Source: a bacterium (lineage in GTDB: Bacteria; Bdellovibrionota_C; UBA2361; RFPC01). Taken from it: a stretch of DNA of 64,000 bases. The stretch is from positions 17,992 to 81,991 of the forward strand of contig RFPC01000003.1 in NCBI GenBank assembly GCA_009926305.1, in the 5' to 3' direction. The notes under the pieces are model-generated. The model was not told where the DNA came from. It did not search any database and was given only the letters and a program-made list of their open reading frames with translations. The position numbers were made by a program, and so were the translations under genes. Shown piece after piece: positions 56,742 to 64,000 of this stretch; the first letter of the stretch is position 1, and every line of letters starts with the position of its first letter.

Positions 56742-57530
56742 GTGCTGAAACGTCATCGGAAAAAATATGATCAACACTTTCTGGGAGGAATACTTCTTGG
56801 TTTTTCATTTCTGGGAATCGCCGCCTTTCTATCGGGCGGGGTGCTCAATTTTTTCAGCATTTCTGCGTTCTTTGTCGTAATTGGCGGAACACTTGCTGCG
56901 GCTATAGTGCAATATCCAGCCGTAGTTTTTGAGAGTGCTGGCAAAGAGATTAAGAGCATGCTTTATGCTAAGTCAGAGCATTCCCTGGAGGAGCGATATG
57001 GCTATCTTCAAAAGCTCTCGCGACTTGTTAAAGAGAAGGGATTAGTTGTTTTAGACCGTGAATCACAGCGCTGTAGTGATTCTTTCCTACGACTGGCTCT
57101 AGAGTTAAGTTCAGATCGAACCTCTCCAAAACAAATTCAACGAATTATGAGTCATGAGATCGCCAGTTCATATCAACGAGGGATGCAGGTCGTTTCGTTG
57201 TTAGAAACTATGGCTTCCATTGCTCCCGCCATGGGACTGATTGGAACCGTTATTGGTCTCATTAATATGTTTCAAACGATTACAGATATCTCAAGTGTTA
57301 GTACGGGGCTGTCTGTTGCGCTTTTGACGACACTTTATGGCGCGGTGGTGGCGAATCTCATTTTTGCACCGCTTGCTGGTAAATTGTCTGAAAAAGAAGA
57401 AGAAAGGGCTCGAATAAAGCGAATTACACTCGAAGGGATACTGAGTTTGTCACAGGAAGAAAGCCCAATTCTCTTTGAGCAGAGATTGAGAAGTTTTCGA
57501 ATGACTGAATTGACAGGAACGACAAATTGA
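56742..57530 (+). CDS. motA: flagellar motor stator protein MotA (MotA/TolQ/ExbB family), GTG start
   Basis: C-terminal ALLTTLYGAVVANLIFAPLAGKL and four TM helices. Confidence 0.8.
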   Translation: MLKRHRKKYDQHFLGGILLGFSFLGIAAFLSGGVLNFFSISAFFVVIGGTLAAAIVQYPAVVFESAGKEIKSMLYAKSEHSLEERYGYLQKLSRLVKEKGLVVLDRESQRCSDSFLRLALELSSDRTSPKQIQRIMSHEIASSYQRGMQVVSLLETMASIAPAMGLIGTVIGLINMFQTITDISSVSTGLSVALLTTLYGAVVANLIFAPLAGKLSEKEEERARIKRITLEGILSLSQEESPILFEQRLRSFRMTELTGTTN

Positions 57531-58057
57531 CATCTTTTCCAAATAGACATCGAGATGTTGTGCGACGGAAGAAAGTAAAAGGTGAGAGATTTCTCTACCT
57601 ATATCTCTCTGTAATGCTCGCAGTATTTTCTGTTTTATTTGTGGCCGATATATGTTCAAAAATTGGTGTAACGACCTTTCCTAAATCCGAGCTAGCCACG
57701 TATCGTTCCCCAAATTATGAAGAGCTCGATAAGTATTTACGTTCAACATCGAAAGTCTTATTCAAAGACACTATTGAAATCTTTGATGCGAAAAGTACTC
57801 ATTTTAGAGAGGGGGGATTAGAAGCGCTCAATTTCATCCTTCAATCTCATGATATGCATGCACGCATACTTGTCATTGGAGATCTAGAGGATTATGAGCT
57901 GTATTACGGAAGAGCTTTACTGCTTCAATCAGCATTGGAAGAGTTCTCTCTCGATGTTCAGGATGTTCGCATTGAGCTGGAGTTTGCTCCTAACAGTCGC
58001 GAGCAGATAGTTGTTACCCTCTATGAAGGGGCTTCGCCCAGTGGAGAGACTATATGA
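57527..58057 (+). CDS. short membrane-anchored protein with degenerate OmpA/MotB-like C-terminal region
   Basis: TM RFLYLYLSVMLAVFSVLFVA, then ARILVIGDLED ... VQDVRIELEF reminiscent of the OmpA-like fold. ATGA overlaps with both neighbouring genes. Confidence 0.35.
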   Translation: MTSFPNRHRDVVRRKKVKGERFLYLYLSVMLAVFSVLFVADICSKIGVTTFPKSELATYRSPNYEELDKYLRSTSKVLFKDTIEIFDAKSTHFREGGLEALNFILQSHDMHARILVIGDLEDYELYYGRALLLQSALEEFSLDVQDVRIELEFAPNSREQIVVTLYEGASPSGETI

Positions 58058-58596
58058 ATTCAAGTACTTGGCTGATTTCGCTGGCCGATCTTTTAACCCT
58101 TCTTCTTGCGGCTGTGATTATGGGATGGTGCCTTCAGGGAGAAGTCCCTGCAATCACACAAGTATCTGAAATCGCTGATAAATTACAATCTGAAGGAGTT
58201 GGTACCCATATTGCAAGGTCTTTTCCCGAAACCTCTACGAAGATGTTGCTTCTATATGAAGAGCATTTTCAGGAGGGAGGTAGGGAACTTGCGGAATTAT
58301 TAAAAAGTCTACGTGCGAGTTCAGATAAGTGTTTGGAATCGTGCACTTTGCTGATTGAGGTTTCGGCTTGTGCCGAAGATTCTGGAGGGCATGTTACAGA
58401 AGTAAGACATGCGGCCCTTGAGAGGTTACTGATTATTCACCGTCACTTGTTTGACGGCAATGGTGTCAGAAATGAAAGGGTGAGGCTGGCGTCTATGGGA
58501 ACGGAGTGCAGGGCTCTGAGATTCTCAGAGGGTGGTCAGCCAGCTAATTCTCCAGTAGCCATAATCCGTCTTCGAAAGGTTGAAGAGAAGGGCTGA
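58054..58596 (+). CDS. motB: MotB-like stator protein, short form
   Basis: N-terminal WLISLADLLTLLLAAVIM is the MotB plug/TM signature. C-terminal HAALERLLIIHRHLFDGNGVRNERVRLASMG resembles the LSxxRAxxV...G...RI...G core of the OmpA-like PG-binding domain. At 180 aa it is shorter than typical MotB. Confidence 0.55.
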   Translation: MNSSTWLISLADLLTLLLAAVIMGWCLQGEVPAITQVSEIADKLQSEGVGTHIARSFPETSTKMLLLYEEHFQEGGRELAELLKSLRASSDKCLESCTLLIEVSACAEDSGGHVTEVRHAALERLLIIHRHLFDGNGVRNERVRLASMGTECRALRFSEGGQPANSPVAIIRLRKVEEKG

Positions 58597-58611
58597 AATT
58601 AGAGGTTAACT

Positions 58612-59199
58612 ATGGCAGACGAAGAACAAGAAACTGAAGAGCAGGAGAATGGGGAAGCCCAGGAAGGAAAATCCGATTCAGGTAAGAAGCGGTTCGTTCC
58701 ATCTCGAAAAGTTCTCCTGATTGCTCTTGGAGTAGTAGTCGTGGTTGCGGCAATAGGGACTCCACTCGCCTTCTTTCTTTTGCGAGATAGTGAAGAAACT
58801 GAGATTACTGACCTTGATAAGGATGCTGCTAAAGATGAGCCGGAGACCATTCTCTACATAGAAGGCTTTGATGATCTTAAAGACGGCTCTGAGAATGAAC
58901 AGCCTTTAGGAGCCTTTTATCCATTTGAGACTTTTATTGTCAATTTGGATGGAGGGGGCTATCTCCGATGTCAGCTACATGCCGAGTTTGTGAAGCGAGA
59001 CATACCGAATCGCTTTTTCGCAAAACTCATCATTATTCGAGATTCGATTATTAGTACTCTTTCGAATAAGTCACGAGAAGATTTAGCAGATAAGACCGGA
59101 AGAGATAATCTCAAGAGCGAGCTGAAGATGATTATCAATAGCGAATTGAGGCGAGAAGAAGTTGAGGCGGTGTATTTTAATCAATTCGTGGTCCAGTAG
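58612..59199 (+). CDS. fliL: flagellar basal-body-associated protein FliL
   Basis: Single TM (VLLIALGVVVVVAAIG) and a C-terminal FliL domain. Located between the stator genes and fliM. Confidence 0.7.
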   Translation: MADEEQETEEQENGEAQEGKSDSGKKRFVPSRKVLLIALGVVVVVAAIGTPLAFFLLRDSEETEITDLDKDAAKDEPETILYIEGFDDLKDGSENEQPLGAFYPFETFIVNLDGGGYLRCQLHAEFVKRDIPNRFFAKLIIIRDSIISTLSNKSREDLADKTGRDNLKSELKMIINSELRREEVEAVYFNQFVVQ

Positions 59200-59208
59200 G
59201 AAGTCATT

Positions 59209-60234
59209 ATGAATCAGGTACTTTCACAAGACGAAATTAATTCCCTCCTAAAAGGACTCTCGGACGGGGACGTTGAAGAGGACAGTGTAGAGCAGGAGGA
59301 CTCTCAATCCGCAAAGAGATTTGATCTTGCGAATCAGGAGAGAATTATTCGTGGTCGGATGCCGACCATGGAGCTTATACACGATCGCTTCTCACGACAA
59401 TTCCGGAGTCAGTTAGGAAATTTTCTGGGGCGTACGTGTTTTGCAAATGTTGCTGGAATAGAGATGGTAAAGTTTGGGCTTTTCATGAAAAAGCTTCCAC
59501 TTCCATCTTCGCTTCATATTTTTCGAATGCCCCCACTCAGTGGTTATGCTCTTATGGTCGCATCATCACCACTCGTATTTGGAATTGTGGATGCTCTATT
59601 TGGTGGAGGCTCGCAAGGAAGAGTAAAAATTGAGGGGAGAGAGTATACGCCAATTGAATCAAGATTGATCGGTAAGGTCGTTATGATGGCTCTTGATACC
59701 CTAAAAGATGCATGGGCGCCGATTCATCCTGTAGACTTTGTTTATGTTCGCTCTGAGTTTAACCCGCTTGCGATCGCTATTGTTCCTCCTACTGATGCTG
59801 TAATTATCGTGACGATAGAAGTTGAGTTTGAGCAAGAGAATACAACACTCACGATATGCATGCCCTATTCTACTATCGAGCCGCTAAGAGGAAAGCTTGC
59901 TACGGGATTCCAAAGCACGCGCCTTGAGGCAGATTCGGGTGTGGCTCGTCGTATGGAGATGAATGTAAAACAAACTCAAACGAACCTCAGCGTTGAGTTG
60001 GCTCGTGGCTCCATCTCGGCAGGAGAGTTTCTTGGGCTGACGCCAGGTGACATCATATCCCTTGACACCGTGCCATCAGAAGAGGCCCTGATTAAGATTG
60101 AGGGGGAGCCAAAGTATTACGCATATGTTGGAAGCTATAGGGGAAATCGAGCCTGTCGTATTAGTAGGCAGATTCCCCAACATGATTTGATTAACTATCG
60201 GAATAAAGAGGAGCTATTGAAATATGGCAGATGA
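59209..60234 (+). CDS. fliM: flagellar motor switch protein FliM
   Basis: N-terminal LSQDEINSLL (CheY-P binding), a middle CheC-like domain and a C-terminal FliN-like domain. Confidence 0.9.
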   Translation: MNQVLSQDEINSLLKGLSDGDVEEDSVEQEDSQSAKRFDLANQERIIRGRMPTMELIHDRFSRQFRSQLGNFLGRTCFANVAGIEMVKFGLFMKKLPLPSSLHIFRMPPLSGYALMVASSPLVFGIVDALFGGGSQGRVKIEGREYTPIESRLIGKVVMMALDTLKDAWAPIHPVDFVYVRSEFNPLAIAIVPPTDAVIIVTIEVEFEQENTTLTICMPYSTIEPLRGKLATGFQSTRLEADSGVARRMEMNVKQTQTNLSVELARGSISAGEFLGLTPGDIISLDTVPSEEALIKIEGEPKYYAYVGSYRGNRACRISRQIPQHDLINYRNKEELLKYGR

Positions 60235-60643
60235 GGAAACAACACCAGAAGAGGAAGTAGCCTCAAGTGAGGGTTCTTCTGAAAACGATGAAGCCTTAAA
60301 GGAAAATTTAGAGGAGGTAGCAGATGCGGCTGAAGAAGTAACTCAGGCGGCAGGGGAAGCTTTAAGTGAGAATCCAAATGCGAACAGAACTATTGACTTC
60401 ATTAAGGAGGTACCTCTAGCAGTAACGATTGAAGTTGGAAGATCTCGAATGACAATCCAGGATCTTTTGCAGCTGGGTCAAGGCTCAGTAGTTGAGCTTA
60501 CTAAGCTCGCGGGGGATCCTCTGGATGTATATATCAATGGATACTGCGTAGCTCGCGGTGAGGCCGTAATCGTAAATGAAAAGTTTGGTCTACGGGTTGT
60601 TGAGATTATCGACCCAAAGGATCGCATTCAAGCATTAGGGTAG
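60224..60643 (+). CDS. fliN: flagellar motor switch protein FliN
   Basis: C-terminal SpoA/FliN domain VPLAVTIEVGRSRMTIQDLLQLGQGSVVELTKLAGDPLDVYINGYCVARGEAV. Confidence 0.85.
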   Translation: MADEETTPEEEVASSEGSSENDEALKENLEEVADAAEEVTQAAGEALSENPNANRTIDFIKEVPLAVTIEVGRSRMTIQDLLQLGQGSVVELTKLAGDPLDVYINGYCVARGEAVIVNEKFGLRVVEIIDPKDRIQALG

Positions 60644-60645
60644 TT

Positions 60646-61185
60646 ATGCGTTTTATTTTGTGGGGACTCTTTCTAATCATTACGCCATTCTCCGTGCAGC
60701 ACGGTTTGGCAGATACCGGCATAGAGAAGCTTCGGCGCATTAAGGCGCAGGTCGAAGCTCCATCCCCTGCTTCGATAGATGCTGAGAATGATGCGCTGTT
60801 GCAGGCCAGATATGCCTCGAGTGGGTCACTAGAATTAGATGAAGAGGAAGAAAGTCTACTCGTTCGAGCGATAAAAGGTCTTTCCTTATGTCTGGGAGTC
60901 TTCTTTGTGTTTATTTACTTCTTGAAGAAGAAACACGGCATAAAGACGACAAGTCGAGAACGTCGATTGCTTTTAAAAGAACAAATGAGTCTTGGAGGAA
61001 AAAATAGTGTGGCGCTCATCGCTCTTGATGGTCGCGAGATGATTATAGGAATTTCAGAGAATAGCGTGCAACTGTTGCAGGCACAGAGATCTCAAGCAAA
61101 GAGAGCCGATGCACAGAGAACTGCCATATCTCCACAAAGTATTCCAGTGAAACATGCGAAGGTCGCGTCATGTATAAACGAGTAA
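60646..61185 (+). CDS. fliO: flagellar biosynthesis protein FliO (single-TM)
   Basis: Positioned between fliN and fliP, with a TM helix LCLGVFFVFIYFL. Confidence 0.45.
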   Translation: MRFILWGLFLIITPFSVQHGLADTGIEKLRRIKAQVEAPSPASIDAENDALLQARYASSGSLELDEEEESLLVRAIKGLSLCLGVFFVFIYFLKKKHGIKTTSRERRLLLKEQMSLGGKNSVALIALDGREMIIGISENSVQLLQAQRSQAKRADAQRTAISPQSIPVKHAKVASCINE

Positions 61186-61940
61186 TACCGCTTTTCTTTC
61201 TCATCTCCACGCTGACGTGTGATCCGCAAGGAGCGTTAGCTCAAGCCAACATGGTTCCAGACCTCAATATTGCAGTTGGAGGAGAGTCCCTGACAGGATC
61301 AGCGAATGGGGTTTCATCTGCGATCAAAATCGTATTACTTCTCTCGATTTTCTCTTTTGTTCCAGCGCTCATTCTGACTACAACCTGTTTTACTCGTATT
61401 GTAGTAGTCCTCGGAATGACAAGAACTGCACTTGGAACGCAACAAGCGCCACCAAATATGGTACTTACGGGGCTGGCTCTATTCCTTACTGCATCAATTA
61501 TGCAGCCTATTTTTCATGATGTGTATACTAACGGAGTATCACCATATCTTGAAGGTGCTATGACTGCAGAAGAAGCATGGAGAGAAGGGTCTGAACCTTT
61601 AAGAAAATTTTTAGTGCGTCATTCGCGTGAAAAAGACCTGGCCTTGTTTTTGGAAATAAGCAAAACAGATTTTCCAGAGTCTCCAGATGATGTTCCGTTC
61701 TTGGTCGCAGTTCCAGCGTTTGTGCTAAGCGAGTTGAACATCGCCTTTCAAATTGGCTTTCTTCTCGCTCTACCATTTCTTGTGCTCGATATGGTCGTAT
61801 CATCAGTGCTCACCTCGATGAGTATGATTACTCTTCCACCAGTTGTAATTTCCCTCCCGTTAAAGTTGATGTTATTCGTCGTCGTTGATGGGTGGCATTT
61901 GTTGATAAGCTCGCTAGTGCAAACCTATCAAATTACGTAG
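61170..61940 (+). CDS. fliP: flagellar export apparatus protein FliP
   Basis: Signal peptide plus the conserved FliP core ALILTTTCFTRIVVVLGMTRTALGTQQAPPN. Confidence 0.9.
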   Translation: MYKRVIPLFFLISTLTCDPQGALAQANMVPDLNIAVGGESLTGSANGVSSAIKIVLLLSIFSFVPALILTTTCFTRIVVVLGMTRTALGTQQAPPNMVLTGLALFLTASIMQPIFHDVYTNGVSPYLEGAMTAEEAWREGSEPLRKFLVRHSREKDLALFLEISKTDFPESPDDVPFLVAVPAFVLSELNIAFQIGFLLALPFLVLDMVVSSVLTSMSMITLPPVVISLPLKLMLFVVVDGWHLLISSLVQTYQIT

Positions 61941-61947
61941 AGGGATT

Positions 61948-62223
61948 ATGGGAATAGATGACTTTCTGCTCTTAGGACAAAATGCGATCATAACAGCGAC
62001 ACTCGTTTCGGCACCCATCCTCATACTGGGATTAGTGGCTGGTCTGGCCGTTAGTATATTTCAGGCTGCTACGCAGATAAATGATGCGGCGCTGGCTTTC
62101 ATTCCTAAGATTTTGTCTGCCGTCGTTGGGCTGATTTTCTTTGGTCATTTTATGATCACAAGAATTTCGTCATTCACAGCGGAAGCCTTCGAGCTAATTA
62201 GTAATCTGGGAGTTTCAATGTGA
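61948..62223 (+). CDS. fliQ: flagellar export apparatus protein FliQ
   Basis: 91 aa with two TM helices and a FliQ/YscS-like sequence. Confidence 0.85.
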   Translation: MGIDDFLLLGQNAIITATLVSAPILILGLVAGLAVSIFQAATQINDAALAFIPKILSAVVGLIFFGHFMITRISSFTAEAFELISNLGVSM

Positions 62224-62268
62224 CGACCTTGTCCCAGAAAATTGGAAACTACTGAGAAGTGAGAGTTT

Positions 62269-63081
62269 GTGAACTATGAGCATTTAAATATAGGAGCCTA
62301 CGCCCTTGAGCATATCGATTGGATATGGACATTTCTTTTGTTAGCTGTGCGTTATGGAATTCTAATGACCGTTCTTCCTGGATTTGTAGTAAGTCCAGTC
62401 GGAAAGATGCTCCGAACACCAGGCATCCTCGCTCTTGCTCTGATCAGTACTGTCTCCTCTCCTGCAGCGGTACTTTCGGACAATATGGGTGTGCTGCTTA
62501 TTCAGGTCATCAGTGAAGCTTTATTTGGTCTAACGTTGGGGATAATTCCTTTGCTTATTGTTTCAGGTGTTCAGATGGCAGGAGGGCTCTCCTCTACAAC
62601 TATGGGACTTGGCGCTAGTCAGCTCGTTGATCCAACAATGGGAGGCTCACTTCCTTCTTTAGGGAAGTTAATGGGAGATCTTGTTATATTAATTTTTCTT
62701 CTTTCGAATGGTCACCATGCCATTATATATAGTGCTGCTGGTCTGGGAGGAGCAATTGTTCCTGGCACCTATACTCCAGATATCGGTTCAGTAGAGTTAG
62801 TTGTTTCTCGAGTCGCAGATGTTTTCAGACTGGGTGTTCTCATATCAGCTCCAGTGATCGTAGCATTACTGCTTACAAATTTTGTAATGGGATTGATCTC
62901 TAAAGCTATTCCGCAAGTTAATATCTTTATCGTCAGCTTCCCATTAACCATTGGAATCGGTTTGGTCCTAACCGGTCTATCGTTACCAGAGCTTTCAGCA
63001 TTCGTGCAGCGAGAATTAATGGATGTGGAGTCTGGATTACTCGTCATTCTCAATGATGTTCAGACTCTGCCAGATAATTGA
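62269..63081 (+). CDS. fliR: flagellar export apparatus protein FliR
   Basis: 270 aa with 6-8 TM helices and FliR/YscT-like features. Follows fliQ. Confidence 0.8.
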   Translation: MNYEHLNIGAYALEHIDWIWTFLLLAVRYGILMTVLPGFVVSPVGKMLRTPGILALALISTVSSPAAVLSDNMGVLLIQVISEALFGLTLGIIPLLIVSGVQMAGGLSSTTMGLGASQLVDPTMGGSLPSLGKLMGDLVILIFLLSNGHHAIIYSAAGLGGAIVPGTYTPDIGSVELVVSRVADVFRLGVLISAPVIVALLLTNFVMGLISKAIPQVNIFIVSFPLTIGIGLVLTGLSLPELSAFVQRELMDVESGLLVILNDVQTLPDN

Positions 63082-63176
63082 CGATACAGTAGATAAATGT
63101 CCTGAAATCAACATCTTATGATGGGCACGTTCCTTGCTGCTTCCTCTGAGTACAATCGGCCGACTGTGAGAGGAGC

Positions 63177-64000
63177 ATGTCAGAATTTTCAACCCCTGAA
63201 GAACGTACCGAAGACCCTACCGACAAACGGATGGGGCAGTTGCGAGATGATGGCTCTATGCACATGTCGATGGACATTGTGCAAGTAGGGAGTATGTTTG
63301 CGGCTATTCTTACACTCGGTATTTTGTCTCGTTACATGTTCCATGATTTTCGCACCTATATGGAATCGACGTTTCGACTTATAGGAGAAAATAGACAGTT
63401 TACAGAATATACCATCTTTGAGTTTTTTTTAGGGGCTTTTCGGGAGTTTGCTCCCGAGGTTGCGGTGCTTGCCATTATAATTTCTATCATTGCTATTCTC
63501 TCCGTTGGTTTGCAGACAAAGTGGAATATTAAAAAAAAGCCAATAGAGTTTAAATTCAGTATGTTGAATCCAGTGAATGGCTTGAAGCGGATGTTCTCCC
63601 CCAAAAATCTTGTAAAGACAGGGGCATCAATTCTTAAGCTCTGTATCATTCTTCCGATCTCATACTTTGCTCTCGAAAAGTTTGCTCCGCAAATGATTAC
63701 CCTTATGCATTACAGTGTTGATCAGATATTTGCTGTAACAGCGGATGCGCTATTTTATGTCTTCTGGAAGATTCTTTATGTTTTAATGGCGTTCGCTATC
63801 TTCGATTATTTTTATACGAAGTGGCAGTGGCTTCGGCAGAATCGAATGACCAAGCAGGAAGTCAAAGATGAGAGAAAGTCGGTAGAGGGGGATGAAGAGA
63901 CAAAGAGGAAGATTCAAGCAAAGGGATTACAGCGCATTATGGAGAGAATTCAGAATAGCGTACCTCAGGCCGATGTTGTCGTAACCAATCCAACCCATTT
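63177..64000 (+). CDS. flhB: flagellar export switch protein FlhB, N-terminal ~274 aa (continues past window end)
   Basis: MSEFSTPEERTEDPTDKRMGQLRDDG start, four TM helices and the NPTH autocleavage motif in the last codons of the window. Shine-Dalgarno GAGAGGAG upstream. Missing from the ORF track because no stop falls within the window. Confidence 0.85.
   Translation, partial: MSEFSTPEERTEDPTDKRMGQLRDDGSMHMSMDIVQVGSMFAAILTLGILSRYMFHDFRTYMESTFRLIGENRQFTEYTIFEFFLGAFREFAPEVAVLAIIISIIAILSVGLQTKWNIKKKPIEFKFSMLNPVNGLKRMFSPKNLVKTGASILKLCIILPISYFALEKFAPQMITLMHYSVDQIFAVTADALFYVFWKILYVLMAFAIFDYFYTKWQWLRQNRMTKQEVKDERKSVEGDEETKRKIQAKGLQRIMERIQNSVPQADVVVTNPTH

Overview
The window is a chromosomal segment of a flagellated diderm bacterium (about 47-50% GC). 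It contains no transposases, integrases, CRISPR arrays, rRNA genes or convincing tRNA genes. Flagellar loci dominate: a flgF-flgG-flgA-flgH-flgI-flgJ(N-terminal domain only) block, then flgM, a flgN-like gene, flgK-flgL and csrA-fliW. Elsewhere there is flgE, a murJ-fliH-fliI operon on the minus strand, and a long motA / two motB-like / fliLMNOPQR / flhB operon that runs off the 3' end. Four sequences matching the sigma-54 GG-N10-GC consensus sit upstream of flagellar operons (one also heads the flgF-flgI operon), so the hierarchy appears sigma-54/enhancer dependent.

Non-flagellar highlights:
- A three-gene olefin/beta-lactone (ole) cluster: a FabH-like OleA, a fused OleB-OleC (alpha/beta hydrolase + AMP ligase) and an OleD reductase, with OleBC and OleD overlapping by ATGA.
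- A thiamine-salvage locus headed by a clear TPP riboswitch, followed by a TonB-dependent receptor, a PnuC-family transporter and thiamine pyrophosphokinase.
- A partner-switching module beside the flagellar genes: an HDOD protein, a STAS anti-sigma antagonist, a pseudo-receiver/GHKL kinase and a zinc-ribbon protein.
- A SWIM-SNF2 helicase with a co-oriented 450-aa unknown partner, next to a 900-bp non-coding stretch carrying tandem repeats.
- Housekeeping and transport genes: serA, lgt, murJ, a beta-carbonic anhydrase/SulP pair, an ArsR regulator, tandem EamA paralogs, IHF/HU and a class V aminotransferase.

The most novel-looking pieces are the flagellum-adjacent partner-switching module with its zinc-ribbon output protein, the CsrA with a long basic tail, the tandem short MotB paralogs, and the SWIM-SNF2 plus unknown-partner pair. 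All calls rest on motif recognition by eye; no database searches were run.
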